DNA of 62,961 bases, the filler included, from Sphacelaria rigidula (lineage: Eukaryota): the NCBI GenBank assembly GCA_964200075.2. It is 10 parts of 10 records of this genome, joined end to end, with 100 filler letters (N's around TTAATTAATTAA, not from the genome) between each part and the next. Parts side by side here need not be neighbours in the genome. Positions count along the whole stretch, not along the records: positions 6,308 to 12,514 come from CAXNAA020021509.1; positions 12,615 to 18,821 come from CAXNAA020021510.1; positions 18,922 to 25,127 come from CAXNAA020021511.1; 7 more parts are not named here. One strand, written 5' to 3'. Made by a program: the position numbers and the translations under genes. Each line of letters begins with the position of its first letter. Position 1 is the stretch's first letter. Shown here piece by piece: positions 10,156 through 22,956 of this stretch. The notes beneath the pieces were generated by a model. That model saw only the letters and a list, made by a program, of their open reading frames with translations. It was not told the DNA's origin and searched no databases.

Positions 10156-10914
10156 GCAACAAATGCAACATAATACATGTGAAAAAAAATTACAAAAGCC
10201 GAGATGCGAAGCAGCTAGGAACCTCAATGCTTGGGATTCTTTTCGCCAATGTCGCCCATATGAGACGCTTCATGCAGTCGAAAACCAGCTATGATGCGCT
10301 GCATGGCCACTTTCTTCGCGATAGTTTTGGGACTGGTTTCAGGGGGGGGGGAAGAAGGGGTTATCGCGGCATTACTCCAAAGTTCAAAACTTACCCGTGG
10401 GCCATATGGATGCCATATGGATAGCCACCGCAGGAACACACCCACACAGTGTATCACCCCCACAGAGTACGGAGTACAATACCTTTACCTGAGTCAAGGG
10501 TTCCACGTGACAGCATTCTCGGCTCCTTCCCGCGCTATCCCGGTCATCAATGGGGTGTAGGTGGTATACCCCCCCGCCCCCCGCCTCATCCAATATGCAA
10601 GGTAATTATTAGTACACTTCGGGCCGAACAGACTTAGCAGTATGCAGGTCACACCCCTCACGCTTACGTGACTCGCCGAACACATCACGGTCCGTCAGGC
10701 TCTACACTAGAACCCAAGTGTGCAGGCCACCCCTGCAAAGGCGCGGATGTGTCGCTTTACACTAGTAGAACTAAGTATATATTAAACTATCCCCTCATAT
10801 GCGCCGAACTCGGGGGGGGGGGGTAAACTCTACTGCTTTACGAGACCCACACAACACATCGGCCAAAATGTGATCGACGTAAAACAACACAACATTTCCA
10901 TACCCTACATGGCT

Positions 10915-11520
10915 CTACCCGAGGACCGCACGGCACACCAAGGCGGCCGGCCAACGGTACAACGACCAGACGGTGGAGTTCTTCTACCTTGGTGTTCATC
11001 AGCCAAGACTCGAATAATTCCAGAGTTGTCTTGTGTAGGGTGTACTGTACCCGAAAGTGTGGGATATCTGGTTCGAATATTGAACCATACCGAAAGTGTA
11101 TCGAACATTCCGGTATGGTTCGACAGGGGCGTCGAGCCCCGTGCCGAACAAATCCGATGTGGTCCGGACAGGAAGTATTTGCTGATAAAAACATATTTTC
11201 GAGTTCTGCAAATACGCGAATTTCAGCCCGAATACCCTACAGAACACAGAACTTTGAATGATCTCATCGAAGTCGAGCGCCGCATCATCGCTGCGTGGGC
11301 ATGCCCCCGAGACTTCTGTTCTCAACCCAGACCCAGCGCGCAGCTATCCCTTATCATCTGATTGCTCAAAGAGCGAGGGCAGCGGAAGCTACAGTATGCC
11401 GTATGGGTGTGCTAAGTGGACGCCGCGCCCCCAGAGGATTTCGTGAGCCTGCGCGCACTGCCCATCACAAGCCATCACGGTAACCGTTGGCTTCCACAGG
11501 AACAAGCACCTGCGACTTCA
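10915..11520 (+). mobile_element. RTE-type non-LTR retrotransposon relic (RT C-terminal/thumb region), frameshifted
   Basis: Stitched frames give AAGQRYNDQTVEFFYLG ... IEVERRIIAAWAC ... YGCAKWTPRP ... RTAHHK. These match the F-x-YLG / E(I/V)-x-RRI-xx-AW / LLYGC-x-TW motifs of RTE-like LINEs. Confidence 0.7.
11020..11257. mobile_element. MITE-like insertion interrupting the LINE relic
   Basis: Degenerate TIRs CAGAGTTGTCTTGTGTAGGGT / ACCCTACAGAACACAGAACTTTG. It separates the FYLG and IEVERRI segments. Confidence 0.5.
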
Positions 11521-12514
11521 TAGCCTGGGTGTTTCTCATGATTTTCGTACTTTCTATTTATGCTTTCTGCATGTACTTGCGAGCTGAGCTAGCCTAGAAG
11601 AAGCGGTTCTGCAGGTTGCAGGGCCGTTCTCACCTCAACTTTTGAAAGTTAGAATTTCAAACTCGGCATGGAGAATCGCTCAGACATCATAAATTATGAA
11701 AAAAAATGGCACCGTTTTTTTTTTTCAGTTTTTCATGAGCCAAGGGCAACAATCATCATTCAGATTTCGGTAAATTGTGTGTTTATTGATTCATTTATCA
11801 TCCATCCATCCATTCGCTCATTCATTCATTCATTTATGTGTACTTTGTCTGGAGTTCAGCCGGTTTTATTCTTCTTTTTTATTACGGTACGTTTAATCCA
11901 GTTTTTGTTTTCTTAATGCACGTCGGGTGCGTCTATCTGGTCGCCAAAAATCAAAAGCGAACCATCGCTCATAGTGGGACAACCAAAAAAATCGATCAGA
12001 CCCATCAATGAACCAGCTGAATCAATCACGTACCCACGCGGTCTGGCTTGTTGCGTGCTGCACCAGAATCTCCTGAAAAACCACAACAAAAAACTCGTAC
12101 ATAGTCGGTCAGTTAGCTACAACTATCGAGACAAGGAAGAAAAGCAAAAGTACCAACCATTTTCACGCACAAACACAAGCTTTTCGGTCTCGTACTTGGA
12201 TCTTTAACGTAAGGAGAAATACGGAGCGGCAGCACACTGACCTATCGTCCCACGCGTGTAGACCCAAGAGCTCTGTCTCCGTGTCAGTCGTCATTTGTAG
12301 GTCCCACACATTCAGTTTCCGCGGCGAAACTCTTTTCATATCTCGGTCGTGTCCTACTGCTCCAGCCTTGATGGAGCGACGACGGGGGTATGCGATAATG
12401 ACCGAGCAGGGGGGAATATCAGGGGGGGGGGGGGGGGGGGGCAGAAGATTGTGGCTGGTCGGTCGAGGAGAACCAGGGGGGAAGCGAAAAGCCCGGCCGC
12501 CACCAACCACTGCA

Positions 12515-12614
12515 NNNNNNNNNNNNNNNNNNNNNNNNNNNNNNNNNNNNNNNNNNNNTTAATTAATTAANNNNNNNNNNNNNNNNNNNNNNNNNNNNNN
12601 NNNNNNNNNNNNNN
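12515..12614. other. Artificial contig spacer
   Basis: N44-TTAATTAATTAA-N44. Confidence 0.99.
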
Positions 12615-12811
12615 AGAGTCAGGAGGTCCCCCCCCCCCCCCCCCCCCAAAGAACTTTCAGCCTGGTCCGGCGAGAACCCGACGTGCTCCGTCCCGGCTTT
12701 GCAGGGGCGGGCCCGGACCCCCTATGGGGTTGGCGTCGATTGGCCATGACGCCGCAAAACACGTCACTCACCGCATAAGCTAGACAATCAGGTTACCGAT
12801 TTTTTTGCCCG

Positions 12812-13228
12812 CTGGCGTTTTTTTTGCGGAAACCATGATGGCGGTCGAGCTAGATCATGTTGTGCGGGGTGGGAGAGCCTTAACTCCGCGCAAACGAGAT
12901 GATCGTACCACGTAGTGTTTGCATGGTGAGACAACCATGAGGCAGTGTAGAAGCCGTGGCTGTCACTGGAAGTGGCGATACAAGAGAACGGAGCAACTCA
13001 TTGCAGGCTGCCATCCAAATTTAAGATAACCAGTATGCTCCAGGCCAAACAATTTTAGCAGGGTGAAGCTCACCTTTCATGCGACTCTCCGGACACACCA
13101 CGGCACTTCTCGCCTGGTGATTGATTGCAAGCGTGGTCCGGCAAAAACCCGGCGTGCTCCGTCCCGGCTTTGGAGGAATGCGAGGTCAATGGTCATACTA
13201 AATTTGACTGGCATGCAAGATCATGAAT

Positions 13229-13281
<53 letters not shown>

Positions 13282-13300
13282 CCCCCCCCCCCCCCCCCCC
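12812..13300 (+). mobile_element. Oligo-C-tailed retroposon (subfamily A), longest copy
   Basis: ~420-bp body ending GGCATGCAAGATCATGAATAC, then ~70 nt of almost pure poly-C. Homologous to four or more other loci in the window. Confidence 0.75.
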
Positions 13301-14478
13301 AATANNNNNNCCCCCGGGTTGGGAGGGAGTGCAAGCTAAAATCCTAACAAAATTTGATGCCGACGAAAAAAATTAAGACCCCCCCCCCCCCCCCCCCCTC
13401 CCCGAAGAACTTTCGGTGTTCCCGCCACCTGTTTAGAATACCACCGATCCCGCCACACATGGTCGGGGGGTGCTCACGAACAGCTTGCCATAGTGCCTCA
13501 TCTGTGATAATCGCCACAAGTCGTGAAGGGAGTTGAATGGTCCATTCCTCGTGGGAAATATGACCATTCCCAGACCGCGGGTGCTAGAAAACGTTGGGCA
13601 TTTTGTGTGAGTTGCCTAACTGCAATACAAGGTGCAATACAGGTGTTACTGCTGTCGCGACGTCAAGGGGGCCAGTTTGTGTGTTGTAGCGGACAAGCAG
13701 CAGCCCAGAGTACCCTCTTTCGATCATACGTCTCCATTTTTTTGTGTGGGTAGCCAGGAGTTATCTAGCACAAAGCGAGAGAGTAGCCCAAATTTTGTCA
13801 CGCGTCGACATTCCCAGAATGTATTGTTCATCTCGCCACATAATTTCTGATGTGCAAACATGCGAATGTATAATGTATTCCCACCTCACGCAAGCAATGG
13901 GGATGTTTCGTCAGCGAATGCACGCGTGATCTCCAACCGACAACCGATCATCCACCCGCGTGCACAGTTTCTTCCCTGCAGTTAGGAGTCTCACCAGAAA
14001 TTAATATTGTGTTCGCGGCGAAGCGTATGGACACACATCAAGAGGGGGTGGGGCACACTGCATCGAGGGAAGAAACCACAACCAACATCTCTCAACAACA
14101 GAATGATCCCCCAATAAATGTCGCCGGTTATACCCTTCAGATGCCTGGTTCAGTACTACACAAACTTTCCCGTATCCGTTCGTTCCTGGAAGGTTCGCAG
14201 CCACACACAAGTTACCGTACGGCACAGCACATACTTCCTGTATCCCATAGTCTGTTGGTCATGGGTCAAATGATATGATTGACGGCCGACAGCGGGGTCA
14301 ATGAATTTTAGTCGGCTTCCGTTGACCATGGGCAGGGAATGTCGACCTCATGCAGGTTTTCCAAGGATGCCGTTGCGATTTTTACTTTTTAGCAGGAGAT
14401 AGCTCAGGTATCCATGGGTCAGGAAATATAACTCTTTGCTCTGCCGTCTGCTTTGTATCGTTTATTTTTTTTATCCAG

Positions 14479-14869
14479 GGACCAAGATCACTTTATTCCT
14501 CTGGTGAACGAGATTTGGCTCAGGCATTCCGCCCTGTACCGCTCAGATTCTCACAATTTGTACGGATCACGCTATTTGGAGGGGTCAAGACTGACACCAC
14601 TAGCCACGCCGTTGTCCGATAGGCATCCTAGTGTGTGGGACGCTGGTTGTGAATCAGTTGCGCGTACTGCTTCCCAAGGCAACGCAACTAGGGCTAGTTG
14701 TGACGGACATGCACCGGAGCAGGAGGCGTCGCCGCGAACAACGCAACTACAGAACGGTGACACTGGTGGGTTGATGACCCATACTGCTTGGCGAGGTAGA
14801 CGCGGTTCAGCAGAGGGAATTGAGCTGGATCCGATTCCACTTTTGACGCCCTGGTCCGGAGATGCAAAC
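14479..14869 (+). CDS. Candidate internal exon, unknown protein
   Basis: T-rich tract plus TCCAG| acceptor and AAC|GTGAGT donor, with an open frame throughout (DQDHFIPLVNEIWLRHSALY...PWSGDAN). Neighbouring candidate exons contain stops. Confidence 0.4.
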
Positions 14870-17213
14870 GTGAGTGTGCGCCCGCGTTCGAGTAGTTTCG
14901 TGATGTGTTGTCTACTCCTGCCCGCGTCTATGTCAACCTGGTACCCGCTGCAATATGTCCAGCAAGATTCTGCGCTAACCTTGGGGTGATAAGAAATGTA
15001 GGGTTAGTGGTTGTTGCCAGCAGTCTGTGCAATGACTGAGGGCGCATGGAGACGAATCACTCCACTCATGGCATCTGCTGTTCGTACGAAGTCACGAAGT
15101 GTTGCGCTCGTGGGACCATCACAGGGGTTCGTTGGGACACAGACGAGTATTTTTGAGCAATGCGTTTACACGGTTCCGTTCCAGGAACGCGTCAATTCTT
15201 GAGCTACTGCGAAGTAGCGATGAGCGCTGATAGCAAATTTGTACCATGAGGATCGCAGCATGTTAAAAAAAACGTGAGCTAATAACCCTTGCCACACGTT
15301 ATATAAATGCAGGTGCTACCCGGTTCGGAGCAGCCTCTGAATACCACCATCGATGAAGTAAAAGCAGGTATCGGCTCCATCACGACAACCATTGGCAACG
15401 GCGACGTGCCCTCAATCTGCACAGGTCCCATCATCATCCCAGGCCCCACTACTGGAGGCCTGTCTGAAGGGGGAAAACTGTTCAGGTGATCGAAACTGAA
15501 GGTGCCCTCCCACCCCAATATTTTGGGCCATAAACATGCATTGGGTACCGCACCGTGCCATTCAGGATTTGGGGACGAGAACAAGGTTTCACGTACTAGG
15601 ATGTTGCAACGTGAGTTTCCCGCGGAGGTAATCAACAAAGGAGAAGACCAGCCCCATATCTTGCCTGCCTCGAGTTTCGACAAAGCATGATGCACTTTTA
15701 CGACTGTGGCTCATTCTGTCCTCGAGGAATTTATGCCCACACTTGAGTATTCAACACGCTCGCCACACACATGTCTACGCCGTCTATTTAGTTGGCGGCC
15801 ACTTGAACACCACTAAACATATTTTCGAGTTGTTGTAACCTTCCCAGGCTGGGTTCGAAGTCTTGTGCTTCGTGATACAATTCGTCTCATATAGACCCCA
15901 CCTCCCATCGATTTGAGACGATTGGCGATATCGTGGGAGTTATGTTTCTTGTTGATCTTTGACAGCATCCTGACAATTGGATACTGTTTCTGCGAGCAGC
16001 ACACTCAAGGGGCAACGCGTTCGCTGGTAGTATGCCATGACCAGATACCCGAGTAATGTGTCAAGGTTACATCGGCCCATAACAAAACTAGCCCAATGTC
16101 TTGCAAACTGGCCTCACGGCTGACATCACTTATACGCTTGCTTGCACTGAAAGGATATCGCCAGGGATCTCCTCCATACCGGCTCCTGCATGACCAAATG
16201 AGACGGCGCCCGATTTTACCACAATCGGTACCCAGACAAGACAGACAATATGCGTAGTTGATAAGTGTGGTAGGGTACGCGACGGGAACATGCAACCGGC
16301 AACCACGTCGCTTGAGGTGCGTTACACCGGAGCTTGGCCATGGTAATGGAGAAATTCGTGGGCATTTGCAACGATGGGGTAGACTCGCGCAAAGATTCCA
16401 AACCTGGATGTCGAATACATGGGCTCTTGCTTGACCTAAGCTAGAGAAGCCGTACTGGGGCTGAATCTGAAATCTGTTGACACCGGATTATGACTGAGAA
16501 GTACCCATGCGCCAGATTCGTGCACGGCCGAAACAGTTTTATGCCATATACGCTTGCTCGCGTGTGAGAGTGAGAGACGCGACCCTGCACAGTTTTCTAT
16601 CTCTCTACCGAGGACCAAGTGCCGTGGCTTCACCAAAGAACGCTGTTGAACTCTTGGTCGAACGTGATTCTCAGCACCTCATGTGGCTGCACTTTGTACT
16701 GAAAAGTTGTGTTGATGGCAGTCATGATGGTAGTCAGTCAGAACCTGCAAGCCGCACCCCGGTTGTGTACTTTTCACATCTGAAACAAACCACTGGGTTC
16801 TTGGGTCAAGGCAGACTCCACTGTTTTTTTCTGGGATTTTCCGTATTTTCCCCGTTGAAAACATGAAGACTGGACGCGAGAAGCGAAGAAAGTTCAACTT
16901 ACAAGAGTCGACGCGGTGCGGGGGTACTGATCGTCATTATTCAATCCACGATACCGATTTGCAAGGCGTATTCTTGGGGATAGATGAGTTGATACCGTTC
17001 TTTACAGCAGAGACTTGTCTCGAGGAGTCGTTTGACCAGAGGGGTTGAGAGTTTGACCAGAAAAACAACGCCGCTTTCCGATACACGCAAATGTCTGCTT
17101 TGCTTCAGCCGGTTCGTGTGATGCGTGAAGAAAGGCACGCTGATGTGAAGGTTTAGTCCAAATTATGGGTGCCTGCCCGCCGTATCGGTTTCTGATCTCT
17201 CCTCATCACGCAG

Positions 17214-17451
17214 GTATGATGGCTGGCCTACGCCTCTCAACCGAAGTCTTCTTCATACTCCGCCAGATGCTTTGCCACCAGTAGTACTGAAGCTCCAAAA
17301 CTACGCAAGTGAACAGGCGAAGCAGCGTGCTACAAGTGTCAGGAAGGCTTCTTTCAGTGCGTCACAACGGAGCAATCGAGATTCAGTTCAGGCTTCGTTC
17401 TCAGAGGCAGGTCGATCATCGTCTTGCGCCGATGAAATATCGTGGTCAACG
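17214..17451 (+). CDS. MORN-repeat protein gene, upstream exon
   Basis: CGCAG| acceptor and ACG|GTTTGG donor. Open frame YDGWPTPLNRSLLHTPPDALPPVVLKLQNYASEQAK..., joining 17777 in phase 0. Confidence 0.55.
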
Positions 17452-17776
17452 GTTTGGGTGTGGGTCATGCGGTTTTTCGAACTAAGTAGCGGACCGAATT
17501 GGACACGATAGCGTGACGAAATGGTGATGTTTTTCAGGCTTGAACATGAAATCCATAGACTTGGGGGTCGCGTGTACATGCTGGTGTTTGGCTGACTCTG
17601 GCAATCCCACCAATCCCACCCCCAAAACGTTCAAATGTCGCGCACAATTCATCATGACGCTTTTCGGGCATTCGTGGCGCGCGGGTTATCCTGAGTATTT
17701 CCACATTCCGTACATTTTGTCACAGTCTGCATACCCTACCTCGCGTACGTACACATATTTTCTTGTGCCCTCCCAG

Positions 17777-17917
17777 GAGCACGATTCAAGGGGCAGGGTG
17801 ACCGTTATTAACGGAATTCCGCGCGGAGACGAAGCTCGTCTACAGCCGGGTTATCGTGGCGACAAGCGATATTTTCAGCCACACGGGCGGGGCCAGATGG
17901 TCTATCGAGATGGAACG
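17777..17917 (+). CDS. MORN-repeat protein gene, exon
   Basis: CCCAG| ... |GTAAGC. Ends YRGDKRYFQPHGRGQMVYRDGT, a MORN repeat. Confidence 0.85.
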
Positions 17918-18033
17918 GTAAGCGCGTAGTATTTAGGCAAGTCATCAGTCTACTTGACAGGTGCAGGTATTCTATTTAGCAACTGGAGGGCTGCGGTAGC
18001 ATGAGCTTATCTTCATGTGACCCGTTTTGACAG

Positions 18034-18173
18034 GTGTACGATGGTGAGTGGAGAAAAGGTCGACGTCACGGGCAAGGCTCCATGCAATACGGTTCACGCA
18101 ACCGATACACTGGAGAATGGAGATCAGACAAGAAGAACGGGCTAGGGACAATGGATTATCCCGACGGGGCAAG
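18034..18173 (+). CDS. MORN-repeat protein gene, exon
   Basis: GACAG| ... AG|GTAATT. VYDGEWRKGRRHGQGSMQYGSRNRYTGEWRSDKKNGLGTMDYPDGA is two canonical MORN repeats. Confidence 0.9.
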
Positions 18174-18610
18174 GTAATTTCTACTGACACTAACCTTTGT
18201 GCATCCGGTTGTTATGTGCAATGTACGTGCTGTATGTATGATGGGAGGCCACGCTCTCTAAGGACTGCAGGCGTGTCCCAGATACACTACGAGCTGGGCC
18301 GGCCATCATTGATTTTTGAACGAAGAGTGGAGATGCTTTTGGCAAGTCGAAGAGTTGAGCGCTGAAATTTTGACACGACATTTTTATCATCAACCTGCGC
18401 AACCCTGTGAGGGGTGCAGAAGAAAAAAACCCCCGGAAGTTACAGCGAGTTGAAGTTTCAGCACAAACAGGAAAAATGCTATAACCTCCTCAAAAATTGA
18501 TGAAAATGATGATGACGCTGCGACACATGCGGGCACTCGCGTCAACCACATCCTTGTAAATTTTCAGCCAAATATACGTAAAATTGGGCTTCGCGTGATA
18601 CTTTTTGTGT

Positions 18611-18700
18611 GACCCCGGTGGTCAAACTGATACAACAGCCTCAAATGACACAGGTCACGAGTTCGAATCCCGACGCGACAAAAACGTTTTTGTGTGCACA
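18611..18700 (+). mobile_element. tRNA-derived SINE head
   Basis: A-box-like TGGTCAAACTG and B-box GTTCGAATCCC. No full cloverleaf. Confidence 0.5.
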
Positions 18701-18821
18701 CGAATCGTGCATTCTCTCTCGTACCTCTGGGTTGCAAAGGGTTTCGATGTTTTGGTGATGATCTTGCTTTTTGGGGGGCTATAGCGCAGCTTCAAGTAGT
18801 ACTTCTCCCTCGTGCGGTGAT

Positions 18822-18921
18822 NNNNNNNNNNNNNNNNNNNNNNNNNNNNNNNNNNNNNNNNNNNNTTAATTAATTAANNNNNNNNNNNNNNNNNNNNNNN
18901 NNNNNNNNNNNNNNNNNNNNN
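18822..18921. other. Artificial contig spacer
   Basis: N44-TTAATTAATTAA-N44. Confidence 0.99.
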
Positions 18922-19287
18922 CCAAGGGGTCAAATTCCGCCTAGCTCGCTTTTGGGGCGTAAAATGACGTAAAAGCTCCAAAAAGACATTTTTCCGGGGT
19001 TTTATTGTTGTCTATTATAGGAAGCGGCCTCAGTGAGCATAGTCTGTAGATCGCAGACTGTTCATGAATAAACGACGGGAACTGATGAAAATGATTCCAG
19101 TGTGATGACCAGAAATATGATTCTACCTCACTCACGGCATAGCAGATCACCACCGTATTAGCAAGGAGAGCACACAAGTCATGAGCCGCTTTCATCTACA
19201 ACAGCTATCATGACTTACCTCTATCCTAGGATGCGGAGCGTAGCCGCTTCTTTTGCGGAAAATAATATATCTGGTCTACTTTCACAG

Positions 19288-19578
19288 CCCCTGAAACGAT
19301 TGTGTCCTGGGAGCAGCCAGCACGAGCATCTGCGACATGACGGCCCGACCTACCAGTGTCCACAGCGGCGGTGGGCGGGCACCAAAGCCCGCGCAGAGAA
19401 GAAATCTCAGAGGGCACTGCTTCGTGCGCGACGTGAACGCGAGCGAATGATGGCGTCCGTTGTCAAGGGGGAGGATTGGAGCAATGCGTTTGGCGGGGCA
19501 GCCTTGAAGCAGGGCTTGAAGGAGCTTGATGCTCCCGCGAACAACAAGAGAACCAGCAAATACGCTAGCAAGCCCCTG
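19288..19578 (+). CDS. Internal exon of unknown protein (basic, coiled-coil-like)
   Basis: TTTCACAG| ... CTG|GTGAGA, 97 codons in phase 0, GC3-rich. Includes KARAEKKSQRALLRARRERERMMASVVKGEDWSNAFGG. Confidence 0.6.
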
Positions 19579-21499
19579 GTGAGATACAATCAGTACACCA
19601 CGCTGCAAAAGTTGAAGGTTTTTAGTAGCTGCGGCAAGTGAAATACGGTGCGGATCTATCTACGTGCTCTTGCTGGACGTAAGCACTGCAGATTCCGTAC
19701 TGTGTCGTTGAAGACTGTGCTGAGGCTTCACTCTCGTGGGAAAGCGCAAATGTATAGTACCGTACACTCTTGCACTGCTCACACCGTGAACAGGCGAAGC
19801 CGTACGAGTCCAGCAAGGAGGTACAACACTACAGTATACAGTATTCTGTATTGCACAGTCACCGCCTTGTTGTGTTCCAATGCAAACCCCCACCTCGTGC
19901 GAAGCGATGTACCACGGGTACGCTGAATACCACCCCTTGTGAATAGCACCCCCAGTTGATAAGTTTCAAGTTTTGGGCTAGACTACAGTCTTTCTGGCGC
20001 CATACGAGCTGGGACAGTCTAAGAACGAGTTTGAGCGTTGCAAGTGATTGAGGAGCTCGATTTTGAGAGTTGTGCATTGAAATTTTCACCATCTGCTGTC
20101 ATGAGACCACGGCTGGACCCCTGAGGGGATCAGTTGATATGCGAAATCAATCAACCAACCAATCAAATATGGATAATCTCAAGACATCGGTTCCCCCTCT
20201 CCCTCCGCCATGAGTTGAGCGCCAAAAGCCTCAGATCGCCCCTAGAACCCCCCCTCAAGACGCGCGAAAATGGCGGCTTCAGCACTAGTGAAAACGCCAT
20301 ACTACGCGGGTGAGGGGTTCGGGACTCCGATTTTTCTGCATGTGGGTGTTATCGGGGGGAAGTGGAAGCCGATAAAGGCAGTCTACAGTGTCTGCGCCGC
20401 TCCTTGTCGCATCCTTTGGTATCTAGACGGTACAAGTCGTCTGTAGTGTCTGTACAGGACGTTCAAATATGTTCTACATCCTTCTGTATGCGGGCAGCGC
20501 AGACAGCACAAGTTATTCAAATCTTGTTCTGTAGAGCACATGGTTACACACATCGCGCGGGACTGTCAGTCGAAACATTGCACCAAAACGAGGCCCGACG
20601 CTCAAACGATTAGCCCTTAGACAACGCCCCCCCCGCGGGTGTACTCAGAAAAGCTACGCCATATGTGGGGTTCAGAACAGCTCTTTCTCGCTACACAAAA
20701 CGCCTTTTTTCATAGGTACGTGGATGCTGGGCATCTATATTGAAGCGAGTTACGAAGAACACCTGACCGGTTTTGACCGTGCTGTCAAAATCGTACAGAG
20801 TCAGTGTGACTGCGATATGCATCCGCTGGATACAACGGCAAGAAACAGTCAGCGTGTCATCGCTCTCCACTAAACACAATTCACCACATCCTGACAAAAG
20901 ATTATATTGTCAAAAAAATGTACTGCGTACAGTATAGAATATATTGTGTGTTACAGTAGGCGCAATAGTCGATACTGTACGCAGTACACTTCTTGACTGT
21001 GCATTCTTTTGTGTAGGGTGTGCAATTTACTGTATGGTATTGATGCCTCTGCTTAGTGTTCAACTACTGTACAACACGACAGACAGTGTGAAGCTATGCA
21101 AACACACGAAGCGTCAGACAGGCGGCACAGACCTCGAGCAGAGTACAAAACAAGTTATTTGTACCCATATAATCTATAGTTAAATTGCCATGATCAAAAT
21201 GAGAAATACTGGTACACAGCGAGTAGTCCGCCTGTAGTCCACCTCCAGGGGAACTACGTGCTCATTTTGACGGCCGTGATTGGTCAGATTGGTCATTCCG
21301 CGCCTCTCGGGCCTCGATCCTGGCTTCGAATCTTCTACATGAAGCTTCCAAACACACACGGTTAACTTAGCTTGGTGAGCTTTTCGGCTGCTCTGCGGAT
21401 GGACCCCCCCCCCCCTCCCCGACCGCTGGAAACCCCCGAATGTCTCCGGGCTGTTAGCCTGTGAAACTGCTCTGAGGCGACGTTCGCTGTCTTAGGGTT

Positions 21500-22780
21500 G
21501 AGGACAAAAAACAAGATCTAGTTTCCATGAAAACGTCCTGAACTGATGGACAAGAAACTCAACGTTTTGCGGTATCATCTTTCACCATGCCCTTGCGCTT
21601 CCTCATACCAACAACTGGAAGCAAAATCCTCAAAATTTGGAATCAATACTCAAGAGTATAACATTCTGAATCGACTTTGTTTCCGACTGATCAGGCGACT
21701 ATGTTTTATTATTTCTAGTTCCTGCCAAAGTGCAGGGCATGAACTTGATGGTGCTCAATTACTTCTGTATTCTAGGCAAAATTGGTGCCGGTCGGCCTTC
21801 AGCAGGTCGGCGTGCGCTTCTAGTACGGTATATATCAGTGTTGCGCCGATAGAAAAAGAAACAATTTTCTCGGAATAGAATCTGAACTTTCTTGTCGCTG
21901 GTACACGCTACTGCATGGCCCCACGACAGGTTCAGCGACATAAGGTAGTTTGCTGTGGTTATGATGACATGTGGGCAAAGTTTCAGCGACTCGCGGCACC
22001 CACAGCGCGCGTGCTGCCGTGTTTCCCGAATTGAGGACCTCTACAGACAATACGCACCGGCTTTTCGCATTGATTGTCATCATCCAGCGGGTGTTCCACT
22101 TCAGATCAACATTCATTTCTCAGCGCAGCCGCGCCCCACGTGCAGATGACGTCAAAACAAGTGTACGAGTAACTTCGCATATGTATTTGCTGACGGTGCA
22201 CGCATTTCTGGGCAGCGGGCGATCGGCGAGAGTGCGTTTTACCGGATTTCCCGAATTTTGGAATTAGGGTCCTTCTTGATGTATCCCCCACGGCAAGCGT
22301 CGGCGGCAAGGGAACATGCTGCTTGTGATGTGCCCGACTGGTGCTCCAAGTTTCACTTAATGACACGCAGTCCATGTCAAGAAATCGACTTCCAAACATG
22401 CGGGCAAAATGCGGGAAAAGACACTGGTGTATCGTGGCACCATACATGAGGTGGGGTTGCGCCGCACATCTCACGTACAGGCAGGTGTTTGCGGCATAAG
22501 TGCTTTCCTCGGCAACACGGCACAGCTCGAGAAATTTGCGCAAGAGAACATGACAGCGTGGCTGTAAAGGCTCTGCACCTCGCTCCTTGACGCGGTACGG
22601 TTGTAGCGGTATCCGCAGAATCGTTTCGTGCACCCCGAGGTGTCGTGCAGGTGAAATCTGGAGCAACATTTACCGTGGGTGTGTCCCGGGACATTTTCTC
22701 GCCAGACACGAGGTCCACGACTGCACGTCTTTGCTCCAGGAGCTGGGCCAGCAGTAAATCCCTTATTTGCGAGTCACACA
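21500..22780 (-). pseudogene. Heavily decayed coding sequence, possibly hAT-like transposase
   Basis: Frameshifted segments FLTWTACH*VKL and NVDLKWNTRWMM weakly resemble hAT C-xx-H and D-xx-TRWNS motifs in the expected order. Many stops. Confidence 0.25.
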
Positions 22781-22901
22781 ATAAGTGATCAAATTTAGTA
22801 CACCAGCTCGACTTGAGTAAATGAGCGTGACCTGAGGACCAACGTGGTTAAGTCGTGCATAATGTAAATGTATTACGTAGCCGGCGAAACAACTAAAAAA
22901 A

Positions 22902-22956
22902 GGAATCCGTCGAGCCTCGAACCCGTGACCTCCTCATCTGCAGTCAAGTGCATTCT
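22902..22956 (-). pseudogene. tRNA-Cys(GCA)-like relic / SINE head
   Basis: Minus strand GCACTTGACTGCAGATGAGGAGGTCACGGGTTCGAGGCTCG gives an anticodon arm with GCA plus a T-arm. The acceptor stem and D-arm are degenerate. Confidence 0.55.

Noticed and set aside
10870..11361. 163-aa ORF as a gene
   Set aside because: A chance read-through of an RTE relic plus an inserted MITE. The LINE motifs lie in different frames.
13063..13347. Similar short ORFs (LTFHAT..RLVIDC..GPAK) here and at 55270-55476 as a conserved protein family
   Set aside because: The similarity follows from the shared nucleotide repeat. Copies carry indels and stops, with no sign of coding constraint.
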